Notes under the pieces: model-generated
Seen by the model: the letters and a program-made list of their open reading frames with translations, nothing else
What the model was told of the DNA's origin: nothing
Database searches by the model: none
Part shown: piece by piece, positions 49,609 through 60,500 of the stretch
Layout of the letters: each line of letters begins with the position of its first letter
How positions within the stretch are numbered: the stretch's first letter is position 1
Assembly: GCA_964012805.1 (NCBI GenBank)
Contig: CAXGUD010000002.1
Span: 64,001 to 128,000, forward strand
Direction: 5' to 3'
Origin: an uncultured Bacteriovoracaceae bacterium
Lineage (GTDB): Bacteria > Bdellovibrionota > Bacteriovoracia > Bacteriovoracales > Bacteriovoracaceae
DNA length: 64,000 bases
Made by a program: the position numbers and the translations under genes

Positions 49609-51567
49609 TTATTCTTCTTCTTTACCACGGAGGTAGGTGTAGCCATTAAGGCAGTCTTCAAAAAAATCGATAAGCTTTACGCTTTCTCTTGGGTTAATAT
49701 TCTTAAGACCCACAAAAGAATCGATTTCTTTTTTCATATTATAGGCCATTTGACCTGCATTATACTGCATCGTATTTAACACTTTTTTGGCAGAGGCCCC
49801 TCGGATAACTTCTTCTACGTAAAAGCCATGGGGGTCATCGACATCAGAAAAGATATGAACTTCATTCAAGCGCCCAAATAAATTATGAGTGTCACCCATA
49901 ACATCCTGGTAAGCACCCGTTAGAAAAAACCCAAGGTAATAAGGCTCATCTTCTTTTAAGGAGTGAAGCTGAAGAGTGTTTTTATATTTTCCAAGGTTGA
50001 TAAACTTATCAATTTTTCCGTCACTGTCACAGGTTATATCAACGAGAATACAATGCTCTGTCGGAAGCTCTTTAAGTCGTGTAATAGGGACAACAGGAAA
50101 GAGCTGATCAATCGCCCAGCTATCTGGAAGGGATTGAAAAACAGAAAAATTGCAAAGGTATTGGAGAGCAAGATTATCAGCAAAGCTTTCAAAGTCTTCT
50201 GAAATGAAGTCGAGGTGCTTTATTTTTCCTCTTAAAACCCGGCAAATTTCCCAAAAGTGGTCTTCAATAATGGCCTTTTCACCCAGAGATAAAATACCAA
50301 GACGGAAGGCATTTTCAGCATCTGTCTTAACGGCCAGAGCATCGTTAAAAACTTCCTGGAAAGGAGTTTCATGGACACTGGTTAGAATTTCTTTAATATT
50401 TGTCACAAGGATATGGGGTTTTTCTAAATCGTCGTAGGAGCCTTCTCTAAAGTCAGTCGTCATAGGTCCAATTTTATCGACCACTTCAACGAGCACAAAA
50501 CTATGGTGAGCGGTCATGGCCCTTCCACTTTCTGTTACGATATGAGGGTGCTTAACTCCAGCTAAATCACAAACCTGCTGAATTCCATACACAATATCAG
50601 AAGCATAAATTTCAGTTGAATAATTTCTTGAAGAGTCATGGGCAGACTGTGAACCATCATAATCAACGCCTAGACCACCGCCGACATCCATATATTCGAT
50701 AGGAACACCTAGCTTAATAAGCTCACTATAAATTCTTGTCCCTTCACTGATAGCATCTTTTATGGTCTGGATATTAACAACCTGGGAGCCCACGTGAAAA
50801 TGGATTAATTTCACGGTCCCTTTTAAACCGTTTTCTTCAAGGAGCTTCACTCCTTGCATAATCTCGCTAACACTTAAACCAAACTTGGCCTTTTCCCCAC
50901 CAGACTCAGACCACTTTCCACTTCCCTTAACAGAAATCTTCGCTCTTAAACCAATAAGAGGTTCAACATTCATTTCTTTAGAAAGCTCAATAAGCTCAAT
51001 AAGCTCTTGAAAGCGCTCAACAACAACGATCATTTTTCTTTGAAGCTTTCTACCTAGTAAGGCGAGCCTTAGATACTCTCTGTCTTTGTGACCATTTAAA
51101 ATGGTTAGTGATTCTTTATTTGTATTTAAGGAGAGGACACTTAAAAGCTCTGCTTTAGAGCCAGCTTCAAGTCCAAAGTCGTAAGGGGCACCAGCATCGA
51201 CAATTTCTTCAACGACTTCCCTCATTTGGTTAACTTTCACTGGAAAAACACCCATAAAGCGGCCTTTATAATCGGCTTCATCTATGACCGTTTTAAAAGT
51301 TTCATTTAAATGAATGACTTGAGAGCGGAGTATTTCTGGAAAACGAACGACACAAGGAAGCTGAACGCCTCTTTCTTTAATTTCATCAATTACTTTTTTA
51401 ATATCAATTGTTGAACGACTCAAACTTCGGTCAGGTCTTACAGAGAGGTGTCCTTCATCTCCAATAGAAAAATAACCTTCACCCCATCTGTTAATGAAGT
51501 ATATGTCGTCAATTCTTTCAGAAACTGTTTTATCTTCCATAGCTGAAACCTTTACCAACTTCTTCAA
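49609..51567 (-). CDS. speA: Biosynthetic arginine decarboxylase
   Basis: WGEGYF, FPVKVNQ (PLP Lys), GLEAGSK, HFHVGSQ, DVGGGLGVDYDG, ITCDSDG; start TTG 51567 or ATG 51540. Confidence 0.96.
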   Translation of the reverse strand: MKKLVKVSAMEDKTVSERIDDIYFINRWGEGYFSIGDEGHLSVRPDRSLSRSTIDIKKVIDEIKERGVQLPCVVRFPEILRSQVIHLNETFKTVIDEADYKGRFMGVFPVKVNQMREVVEEIVDAGAPYDFGLEAGSKAELLSVLSLNTNKESLTILNGHKDREYLRLALLGRKLQRKMIVVVERFQELIELIELSKEMNVEPLIGLRAKISVKGSGKWSESGGEKAKFGLSVSEIMQGVKLLEENGLKGTVKLIHFHVGSQVVNIQTIKDAISEGTRIYSELIKLGVPIEYMDVGGGLGVDYDGSQSAHDSSRNYSTEIYASDIVYGIQQVCDLAGVKHPHIVTESGRAMTAHHSFVLVEVVDKIGPMTTDFREGSYDDLEKPHILVTNIKEILTSVHETPFQEVFNDALAVKTDAENAFRLGILSLGEKAIIEDHFWEICRVLRGKIKHLDFISEDFESFADNLALQYLCNFSVFQSLPDSWAIDQLFPVVPITRLKELPTEHCILVDITCDSDGKIDKFINLGKYKNTLQLHSLKEDEPYYLGFFLTGAYQDVMGDTHNLFGRLNEVHIFSDVDDPHGFYVEEVIRGASAKKVLNTMQYNAGQMAYNMKKEIDSFVGLKNINPRESVKLIDFFEDCLNGYTYLRGKEEE

Positions 51568-52454
51568 TCTAACTTACTGTGAGTTAGGAGAAGGCCTATT
51601 TCCCTTACAACCTTGGCCGCAAAGACGGAACTGTTACCAGAAGAATCAAGGTCAGGAGCAAGCTCAACAACGTCGGCCCCCACGATATTCTTTCCTCGAA
51701 GGATTTTCATCAGCTTGATAAAAGAGTGAAAGTCTTCTCCACCAGGTTCAGGTGTTCCAGTGCCAGGAAAATAGGAAGGGTCAAAATAATCTAAGTCTAA
51801 AGTTAAGTAAAGAGGTCTTTCATTAGGAATAGATCTTATATAGCTGAAAAAATCATCTTTAGATGTCTGCAAAGTTCCCTTCTCTCTCATCCATTTATAT
51901 TCACTTTTTGTTCCAGAGCGGATGCCATACTGGACAAGGTCATGGTCATTTCCGAAGTGATCAAGGGCCCTTCTAATAATTGAAGCGTGCGAGTAATGAA
52001 AACCTTCATAGCCATCTCTTAGGTCGGCATGAGCATCCAAGTGAATGAGAAGAAGGTCTGAATAATCCTCAAGGTATTTTTTTATGGGTGCATAGGAAAT
52101 GGAATGCTCACCACCAATGGTGAGGAGCTTCACTTTATCCTTTTTAAAGTCTGTTTTATCCCAAAGTTTGGAGAGCTCTTGATTCCCCTTTTTCCACTTT
52201 ACTTCAGGATCCGTAGAGTCCCCTAGGACTAAGTTACCGAGATCATAAAGGTTATCAGTATCATCAAGGTCAAGGTTTAAATAAGGCGAAAAAGTTTCAA
52301 TTCCGTAAGAAGCTTCCCTGATTGCAGAGGGCCCTAACCTTGCTCCCTTTCTAAAACAAGCCGTTCCATCGAAGCCAAACCCGACTAAATGAGTTCCCCT
52401 CTTTTTAAGAGTTTTTGTTGGTTTAAAACTCATAAACAAAGTTTGTTGATCCAA
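51564..52454 (-). CDS. speB: Agmatinase
   Basis: GGEHSIS, DAHADLRD, DLDYFDPSYFPGTGTPEPGG; adjacent to speA. Confidence 0.93.
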   Translation of the reverse strand: MDQQTLFMSFKPTKTLKKRGTHLVGFGFDGTACFRKGARLGPSAIREASYGIETFSPYLNLDLDDTDNLYDLGNLVLGDSTDPEVKWKKGNQELSKLWDKTDFKKDKVKLLTIGGEHSISYAPIKKYLEDYSDLLLIHLDAHADLRDGYEGFHYSHASIIRRALDHFGNDHDLVQYGIRSGTKSEYKWMREKGTLQTSKDDFFSYIRSIPNERPLYLTLDLDYFDPSYFPGTGTPEPGGEDFHSFIKLMKILRGKNIVGADVVELAPDLDSSGNSSVFAAKVVREIGLLLTHSKLD

Positions 52455-52791
52455 AACGTTCCCCCATAAAAATGAATGAAATGAACTTCTTTTAACTTAA
52501 AAATGATTCTTCGTTCTAATGTGTTTTCTCTCTTAGTGCAAGGCGAGTGAGAAGACCTGATTTTTTTTACATCCCCGAGTACTGCATCGCATTATTTATC
52601 TTCAACCTCCGTTTAAAATTTTGTCTTCTAATTGGTTTTTAAAGAAAATTGTTAAACATTTCGTAGGCAACCTTTACGTATAGATCCAAGGCACCGTTTG
52701 ATCTTATATAATAGTCAGGTAGAAGTTTTTGGTTGAAGCAACTACTTTTTCTTTTTGAAACCTCTAAGAACCATTAAAAAAAGGAATTATT

Positions 52792-53409
52792 ATGAAAATA
52801 ATGAAACTTATGAGCTTGTCTGTATTTTGCTTAATCTTTTTTTCAGCAAACCTAATGAGTAAAACTGTTGAAGTAAAAATGCTTAACAAGGATAGCAATG
52901 GACAACCTCACGTTTTTGAGCCTGCCGTTGTTTTTATTGAAAAAGGGGACTCTGTTAAGTTTATTTCAGTGGATAAAGGTCATAATGTGGCCTCAATGGA
53001 CAAAAAAGGCTCTGCCCCTGCCGGTGTAAAGAAGTGGAAAAGCAAAATAAGCAAAGACCACATACAAAAGTTTGATATTGAAGGTATTCATGGAATAAAG
53101 TGTAAACCTCATATGGTTATGGGGATGGTAGGGGCTGTCGTCGTTGGAAATACACATAATATTGAAGCCTTTTCAAAAGTAAAACTCATTGGAAAAGCTA
53201 AAAAAAGGTTTCCTAAAATTTTGGCCACAATAAAAAGCAATGCTCCAAAAGGAAAGGCCAGAAAAACAGCGAGCGTCGAAACTTCAGCTGCAGCCGGTGA
53301 TGCTCCTTCAGTTGAAGCAAGTCTTGCCCAACTCAAAAATGATGTTGATGGTCTTAAAGCTGCGGTTAAGGACATACAAAGTAAACTTGAAAAATTGGAA
53401 GCGAAGTAA
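52792..53409 (+). CDS. Pseudoazurin/plastocyanin-type blue copper protein with C-terminal coiled coil
   Basis: VKMLN, FEPA, GHNV, CKPHMVMGM (His, Cys, His, Met ligands), ~55-aa tail. Confidence 0.88.
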   Translation: MKIMKLMSLSVFCLIFFSANLMSKTVEVKMLNKDSNGQPHVFEPAVVFIEKGDSVKFISVDKGHNVASMDKKGSAPAGVKKWKSKISKDHIQKFDIEGIHGIKCKPHMVMGMVGAVVVGNTHNIEAFSKVKLIGKAKKRFPKILATIKSNAPKGKARKTASVETSAAAGDAPSVEASLAQLKNDVDGLKAAVKDIQSKLEKLEAK

Positions 53410-53411
53410 AT

Positions 53412-53678
53412 TTAGTTAGTTAAACTAGATCTATAAGGCCTCGTCATTAAACCGGGCGAGGCTTTCTCTACCTCTTCTTTGGTTGGTAAATAAGGCAAGC
53501 AATCAGTACACACGATTTCAACTAAACCAAATAATCGACTTATCGTATGAAGTTTTGTTTTGGTTCCACAAATCATACACGATCTACTATGCATGTTTGA
53601 CTCTTCAGGGGAAAAGCTCTTGGACTTAAGCTTTTCTAACTTTTGAACGTAATTGCGCAACAATCCCTCTGGATTCAC
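53412..53678 (-). CDS. Small protein with two CxxC pairs (putative Zn ribbon)
   Basis: GTG start after AAGGAGG RBS; CMIC...CTDC. Confidence 0.7.
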   Translation of the reverse strand: MNPEGLLRNYVQKLEKLKSKSFSPEESNMHSRSCMICGTKTKLHTISRLFGLVEIVCTDCLPYLPTKEEVEKASPGLMTRPYRSSLTN

Positions 53679-53718
53679 AAAAGCCTCCTTCCTCGAAGCT
53701 ACCCCTTTTTAATGGGGA

Positions 53719-53753
53719 CAAAAGCCATGTAAATGATGTTTTATCATTTATGG
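53719..53753 (-). terminator. Probable terminator after korB
   Basis: CCATAAATGAT-N5-ATCATTTA(CA)TGG stem followed by CTTTTGT on the minus strand. Confidence 0.5.
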
Positions 53754-53782
53754 AAGAAGGTTTTTTGTCAACAGAGCATATT

Positions 53783-54793
53783 TTACTTAACTTCCCAAGT
53801 TTCTCCAGACATGATGAGATCGCTCATTTTCCCTGCACCTTTCTTTTCTTTAACTTTATCCATTTGATCAACAACAGCGTCTTCAAAAACCGGCAATTCA
53901 ACCTTTTTAAAGACACCCATAGGTACTGGTAAACCTAATCCTCTAAATTGAGTATAGATAAGGGGAAGAGTAGGATCTTTTTCATTGTGAACGAGAAGGT
54001 CGTCTTCAGTAACTCCATTTTCACCAATTGTAACAACTTCTGGTGTGAAGCCATTAAGACGGATTCCCTTGTTCTTTGCCTTGCTAAAGATAAGGGGCTT
54101 TCCGTGTTCTAAAAAGACGGTGGTCTCATCTCTCGTTTTCCTATTTGTATATTCATCGTGAACTTTATCATTGAAAATGACACAGTTCTGGAAGATTTCA
54201 ATCATAGAAACCCCAGGATGCTCGGAAGCTTGTTTACAAATTTCCATCATGTGCTTAGGGTCTGTATCAAGAGTTCTTCCAAAGAAAGTTGCTCCGGCAC
54301 CTATAGAAAGATTCGCAGGGTTGAACGCCTCATCAATGCTCCCAAAGGGAGTAGACTTGGTGACAGTACCAACACTTGATGTTGGTGAGTATTGGCCTTT
54401 CGTCAGACCGTATATCTCGTTGTTAAAAAGGACGATATTTAAATTTACATTACGCCTTAAAGCATGAATGAGATGGTTACCTCCAATAGAAAGTCCATCA
54501 CCATCTCCTGTAATAACCCACACCTCTAAGTTTGGATTCGTTAACTTAAGACCTGTAGCGACGGCCGGAGCACGACCGTGAATCGTGTGGAGCCCGTATG
54601 TATTCATATAGTAGGGAAACCGAGAAGAGCAGCCTATCCCAGAGATGAAAACAATGTCCTCTTTTTTCTTCCCTAGCTTAGTCATTGCCATCTGAATAGA
54701 CGACAAAATGGCATAGTCACCACATCCTGGACACCAGCGGACTTCCTGATCACTAATAAAGTCCTTCTTTTTATATACCGGTTTTTCACTCAT
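53783..54793 (-). CDS. korB: 2-oxoacid:ferredoxin oxidoreductase beta subunit
   Basis: WCPGCGD, SGIGCSSR, IHGRA, GDGDGLSIGGNH, YGLTKGQYSPT; GGAGG RBS before ATG 54793. Confidence 0.93.
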   Translation of the reverse strand: MSEKPVYKKKDFISDQEVRWCPGCGDYAILSSIQMAMTKLGKKKEDIVFISGIGCSSRFPYYMNTYGLHTIHGRAPAVATGLKLTNPNLEVWVITGDGDGLSIGGNHLIHALRRNVNLNIVLFNNEIYGLTKGQYSPTSSVGTVTKSTPFGSIDEAFNPANLSIGAGATFFGRTLDTDPKHMMEICKQASEHPGVSMIEIFQNCVIFNDKVHDEYTNRKTRDETTVFLEHGKPLIFSKAKNKGIRLNGFTPEVVTIGENGVTEDDLLVHNEKDPTLPLIYTQFRGLGLPVPMGVFKKVELPVFEDAVVDQMDKVKEKKGAGKMSDLIMSGETWEVK

Positions 54794-54867
54794 TCTTTTT
54801 ATCCTCCAAAAATGTCTTTTTTTCTTTTTTAAAATAAAACCCAATTAAATCCGCACTTAAACTGTCT

Positions 54868-56730
54868 TTAAGAGAAGTCAGCAGGGTTTTGTATTCCTTT
54901 ACCATCCATTAAACCTTCCATTGATTCCACAAGCTCAGAAATTTTAAAAGGAAGTCCCATGACTTTATTATACCCGATGGCATCACACTTAAATTTTGCA
55001 TTGAGTATATCCACCATTTGCCCCATGTTTAGCTCTGGAACTAAAATCTGTTTAAATTTTTTGAGAAGATCTCCAACATTTTTTGGCAGAGGATTAATAT
55101 ACTTTAGATGCATAAGGGAAATTTTTCGACCCTTTTTTTGGAGTTGCCTAACGGCCATATGGGTCGCCCCATAAGTCCCTCCCCAAGACACAACGAGAAG
55201 GTCACCTGAGTCTTCTCCCTCAATCTCCTGAAGTGGTATATTGTCAGCTACAAGCGCCACTTTCTTGGCCCTTATTTTAGACATATGAAGGTGGTTTTCG
55301 GGGTCATAACAAACATTTCCTGTAATATCCTCTTTCTCCAACCCACCCAAGCGGTGTTCGTGCCCTGGTGTACCTGGTATTGCCCAAGGTCTTACAAGCT
55401 TTTCATCCCTCTTATAAGGAAGGTAACTTCCATCTTCTTCCAAAGAAGATGTCGTCACTTTTGAGTTAATCTTGCTGTAATCTTTTTCAAGATCTGGAAG
55501 TTTCCATGGCTCGGCGCCATTGGCAATATAACCATCAGTTAAAAGCATAACAGGCGTCATATGTTCAAGCGTTAACCTTGCTGCCTCATAGGCCATGTGA
55601 AAACAATCACTCGGCCTTGAAGCCGCGACTATTATAAGAGGGCAATCTCCATTACGTCCGTGAAAAGCCTGATTTAAATCTGATTGTTCAGTTTTTGTGG
55701 GTAGGCCAGTCGATGGTCCCCCACGCTGGATATTAACGATGACAAGGGGAATTTCATAAATCATGGCAAGACCTAAAGCCTCACCCTTTAGGGCTATCCC
55801 TGGACCAGAACTAGTTGTCAAGCTGAGGGCACCGGCAAAAGAAGCACCAATAGAAGAAGAAATAGCAGCAATTTCATCTTCGGCTTGAAAAGTTTTTATT
55901 CCAAAGTTTTTATGCCTCGATAGCTCGTGGAGAATATCTGAAGCAGGCGTTATAGGATAACTTCCAAGAAATAATTTTAAGTCAGCAGCTTCCGCTGCTT
56001 GCATTAATCCCCAGGCTGTCGCTGTGTTTCCATTGATGTGGCGGTAAGTTCCAGGAGAAATTTTAGCTGCTGGTATTTCGTAATTTGAAACGATAGTTTC
56101 AATTGTCTCAGCATAGTTTCGACCTGCTTTAAGAGCTTTTACGTTAGCATCAACAAGGTCAGGCCTCTTTTTAAACTTTTCTTGAACCCATTTAATGGTT
56201 GGCTCTAAGTCTCTTCCAAACATAAAATAAGTAATACCCAAGGCATAAAAGTTTTTACAACGACCTTTGGATTTATTATCAATTTCGGAATCTTTAAGGG
56301 CCTCTAACGTTTGTGAAGTAATATTTGCTTCAATAACCTTATAAGTTTCCATGTCATGAGTTTTTAGAGGGTTGCTGTCGTAACCACACTTCTTAAAATT
56401 AGAATCTGTAAAAGCATCGATGTTCGCAATCACAGTCCCACCCTTCTTTAAAGAACCAATATTGGCCTTTAAAGCAGCGGGGTTCATTGCAATAAGAACA
56501 TCTGGTTCATCACCAGGAGTATTTACTTCCGAGGAACCAATATTAACCTGGAACCCAGAGACTCCGGCGACAGTTCCTTGAGGGGCCCTAATTTCAGCAG
56601 GAAAATCTGGGAAAGTTGAAAGGTCATTTCCCATAAGCGCTGAAGTATTAGAAAACTGAGTTCCCGTCAGCTGCATCCCATCACCAGAGTCGCCCGAAAA
56701 ACGTATTACCACACTCTCTAATTTTTCCAT
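54868..56730 (-). CDS. korA: 2-oxoacid:ferredoxin oxidoreductase alpha subunit (fused gamma-alpha)
   Basis: GDSGDGMQ, PAEIRAP, YPITPAS, QAEDEI, QRGGPSTGLPT. Confidence 0.95.
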   Translation of the reverse strand: MEKLESVVIRFSGDSGDGMQLTGTQFSNTSALMGNDLSTFPDFPAEIRAPQGTVAGVSGFQVNIGSSEVNTPGDEPDVLIAMNPAALKANIGSLKKGGTVIANIDAFTDSNFKKCGYDSNPLKTHDMETYKVIEANITSQTLEALKDSEIDNKSKGRCKNFYALGITYFMFGRDLEPTIKWVQEKFKKRPDLVDANVKALKAGRNYAETIETIVSNYEIPAAKISPGTYRHINGNTATAWGLMQAAEAADLKLFLGSYPITPASDILHELSRHKNFGIKTFQAEDEIAAISSSIGASFAGALSLTTSSGPGIALKGEALGLAMIYEIPLVIVNIQRGGPSTGLPTKTEQSDLNQAFHGRNGDCPLIIVAASRPSDCFHMAYEAARLTLEHMTPVMLLTDGYIANGAEPWKLPDLEKDYSKINSKVTTSSLEEDGSYLPYKRDEKLVRPWAIPGTPGHEHRLGGLEKEDITGNVCYDPENHLHMSKIRAKKVALVADNIPLQEIEGEDSGDLLVVSWGGTYGATHMAVRQLQKKGRKISLMHLKYINPLPKNVGDLLKKFKQILVPELNMGQMVDILNAKFKCDAIGYNKVMGLPFKISELVESMEGLMDGKGIQNPADFS

Positions 56731-56839
56731 TCATCACCCTTTATTCTTTATTTTTTATTTGGTCCGCATCTTATCTTCTTTTTCATCAATGAAAAAGAGG
56801 GTGGACAAAAAAAGTCACAAAAAAAGGATAAGGAATTCC

Positions 56840-57382
56840 TTACGCACCTTCTCGAGTGCTATCACCTCTAAAAGGTTCGGAGGTAATATTCGTAATTTCT
56901 TCTGGAAAATAATCAAGGATAAAGTCCACAACATCTCTAATTGAAACAATTCCTATTGGCTTTTCATCGTCATCAACAATGGGAACATGCCTAAACCTCC
57001 CGACATGCATATTGTTCATAACGTAGGCAACCTTATCGTCTTCTTTAAGGGTCACCGGGTCTGCTGTCATTATTTGAGTGATGGCCGTTCCTTTTAGATC
57101 CGTTATAAGACCAGTCACTTTCATTAAAATATCCCGCTCAGTTACAATCCCTTTAAGCACGCCATCATCATCTGTAATCAAAACAGAACCGATTTTATTT
57201 TTTTGCATTATTTCAACCGCTTCCCCTATTGTCGTTTTAAGGCCTAATGACCTAACACCTTTTAAGGGCACGACATCTTTAATAAGTGTTGAAAAGGTTT
57301 CAGCGTTCAGTATCTTGGGCTCCTGATCCCTTTCTGCCATAATCTCCATTTCCTCATCAAGATTTTCATCCATATCAAGCAC
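56840..57382 (-). CDS. Tandem CBS-domain protein
   Basis: GIVTERD, IMTADP, FRHVPIVD, GIVSIRD. Confidence 0.9.
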   Translation of the reverse strand: MLDMDENLDEEMEIMAERDQEPKILNAETFSTLIKDVVPLKGVRSLGLKTTIGEAVEIMQKNKIGSVLITDDDGVLKGIVTERDILMKVTGLITDLKGTAITQIMTADPVTLKEDDKVAYVMNNMHVGRFRHVPIVDDDEKPIGIVSIRDVVDFILDYFPEEITNITSEPFRGDSTREGA

Positions 57383-57563
57383 TCCTGGGAAAGACTTATA
57401 ATAAAGACAAAAGCAACCTCATTTTAACCCTAAATTTATACGTAACATTATTTTTTTTTGACGAGGGCCTAAAAACAACTTTATTTATTGCACATTGTTT
57501 AAATTAAAAAATAAATAACATTGATAAGCAGTAAAAAAGGTCACGCTATAAAAGGGCCAAAGC

Positions 57564-60500
57564 TTATTTCTTTATTTTAAATGAATAGAGAACGGGGATA
57601 AAAATGAGAATTAATGTCGTCGCAAAAACTAATCCACCAGCAACGGCTAAAACAATCGGAACCAAGAAGGGTTCATAACCTCCTATCCCAAAAATTGTTG
57701 GGGCCATTCCTAGAACAGTTGTGACGGTTGTCAACATAACGGCCCTGAAACGGTCTTTCGCTCCTTTTAATAGAAGCTCCATAGTTAACTCTCGGCCCAT
57801 TGAAACCTGATTAAGGTGGCTCACCATAATGAGACCATCATTAACAATGATACCAACAAGTCCAAGGGAGCCAATCATTCCTAGAAAGCTCAAAGGTAAA
57901 TTAAAAACGTAAAAAGAAATAACAACGCCAGCAAGACCGAAAGGTATTGTTGCCAAAATAATAAAGGGTTGAATAAGGGAATTAAAGAGGATGACAAGCA
58001 CAAAGTAGATTCCAAGAATGCAAAACGGAAAAGCGATAATAAAGTCTTGAATACTCTCCTCTGTCGCCTTCTCCTCTCCACCAAAAACAACTTGAAGGCC
58101 TGGGGTCCCTTCAATTTGACCTTTGAATTTTTCTTGAATTAATTGTTTAACTTTTTTAGAGGTTGTAACCTTTTCGTTAAGGTCTGAAGAAATTGTCACA
58201 GAGGGTTTTCCATTATAGTGACGAATTATCGTTTGACCTCTTACTTCTTGAAGTTTTACCAGCGGTAAAAGATCTAAAAGCCTTCCTCTTTGGTTCATCA
58301 CTTGAACCTTTTTTAAGATTTCTCTTTCATCTTCAAAGCCCTTTTTTGAAATCTGCAATCTGAAATCTATCTCCTCTCCCTCTTGGACAATCTTGGTAGG
58401 AACACTCCCTTGAAACGCAACTCTTAAGGTGTGAGCCACAGTCTCAACGGTCACTCCAAGGCGACCCATCTTGTAATAATTCGGAATAATTCTAAGCTCG
58501 TTTTGACCCTCTTTCATATCACTTTCAAGATCGACAACACCTTTGACACTAGAAAGGAAGTCAAAAATATCTTTCGAAACTTTATTTCTTAACTCCGTAT
58601 TCTTGGTTACCACGCTTAGTGTGACGGGTCTTCCAACAGGAGGGCCATCTTTATACTTTTTGGTCCATAGCTTTGTGAATCCTTGTTTTTTGGTTAGGTC
58701 CAAAAGGCCCTTCTCAATCTCCCGCATAATTGTTTCACTCGTCTTTCCCCTTTGAATCGCTGGCTTTAGAATAAGGGTAATCAAAGCATGGTTTTCTTTT
58801 TGACCTCCGGTCGCCCCATAAGGATCTGTGTCATGGTGACCAATCGTGGTAATATAACCAGATGAGTCTTTACCGGCCACTTTAGAAACAAAGGCTTCGA
58901 CGGCCTCCATTTTCTTAGACGTGGTCTGAAGAGGAGTCCCTTCCGGCATTTCAGCAAGGACAAAAAGTGAGTCCACATCATTATAGGGGAAAAGAACATA
59001 AGTCATTTTGGTTTTAAACAAAACCCCACTAAAACCTAAAAAGCCAACAAAAAGAAGAATCGTAAGAAAGCGCCTCTTTAAAAAGCCCTTTAAAAGCCTC
59101 TCATAAAGGTTTTTTATGCGAGTCCACCAAGCGGCTTCTTCATCTTTACCAGTGGACTTTCCCATGGCCACATGAGCAGGCAACAAACAGGTACATTCAA
59201 AAAGAGAAAAGATGAGCGCCGCCACAACAACGACTGGAATAGTGTAAATAAAGCGTCCTAGAATTCCAGACAAGAAAAACATGGGAAGAAAAGCGAGGAT
59301 TGTCGTTATAATAGTTGTCGTAACGGGCCAAAACATTTCTCTTACGCCATCAATCGCGGCGTTTACCTGCTCTTTCCCCATTTCTCGGTGCCTCGTTATA
59401 TTTTCAGCAACAACAATAGCGTCATCCACAAGAAGGCCTAGAACAAGGATCATTGTAATCAAAGAGATAATATTAATGCTTACACCCAAAGTTGGAAAAA
59501 AGATGACGGCACCGAGAAGAGAGAGAGGAATCCCAAAAGCTGTCCAAAAGGCCACCTTTTTGGAAAGAAACACGACCAATGAAATAATAACAAAAAGCCC
59601 CCCGATAAGAGCATTATTTTGGACAATTTTTAAAAGGGAATTCGTATAATAAGACATATTGTTGACGATTTGGGCCTTTACACCTTTGGGAAAGCCTTTT
59701 TTAAGCTCCTCAATAGTCATTTCTATATCATCACTCAGGTCAATAATATCCGCTTTCGCTTGGGCCCTTACAACCAAATTAATCGATGGCGAGCCGTTTG
59801 TTTTGGTTAAAACTTTTGCCTTTTGATAACCTTCAGTTACCTCCGCAACATCCTTTAAGTAAACTTGCCTGCCGGAGTAGTTAGAACGAATGATAAGGTT
59901 TTTAACGTCCTCGATATCCTTAAACTCTGAGTAAGTGATCACCTTCTTTAAATACCCTGGCGAAGAAAAATTTCCACCAGAAACCCTCAAATTTCTTTCT
60001 TTTAAGGCCTTGGCAATTTCCACAAGAGAAACTTTTTTCCGCCGCAACTTTTTAGGGTCGGCCTTTATCTTAATTTCCCTTTTTCTGTAACCATTTTTTG
60101 TTATTCTTGCTACACCACTAAGATCTTTGATTCTATCCTCAAGGGCCTCTGCTATTAGCCTTCTCTCGCGTTCATCCTTTCCCCCAGTAATGGCAATCTC
60201 CATAAGTGGGAGGTTTCCAGATTTGAACTCTTCAATACTCGGTTTATAACTTACTTCTGAAGGGAGGTCACTGACCCTGTCAACGGCGTTCCTAATATCG
60301 GTTTTAATCGCTTGAGGGTCAGATGCGTTTAAATCAAGCCAGATATAGACAAGTGAGAGGTTTTCCAATGAAAGAGAGCGGATCCGATCTATTCCATCCA
60401 CTTCTTCCAACTTCTTCTCTATTTTATTTGTAACATTAACTTCCACATCCTCAGAGGAAGCGCCAGGATACTCCGTTGTCACCATCATGAGCTCAAAATT

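Noticed and set aside
52691..52704. FNR-like box TTGATCTTATATAA upstream of pseudoazurin
   Set aside because: Only the left half-site matches TTGAT-N4-ATCAA
53697..53755. GGGGACAAAAGCCATG resembling a c-di-GMP-I (GEMM) riboswitch core
   Set aside because: Lacks the GGCAAACC/GAAA tetraloop and receptor, is antisense to the flanking genes, and the hairpin is better explained as the korB terminator
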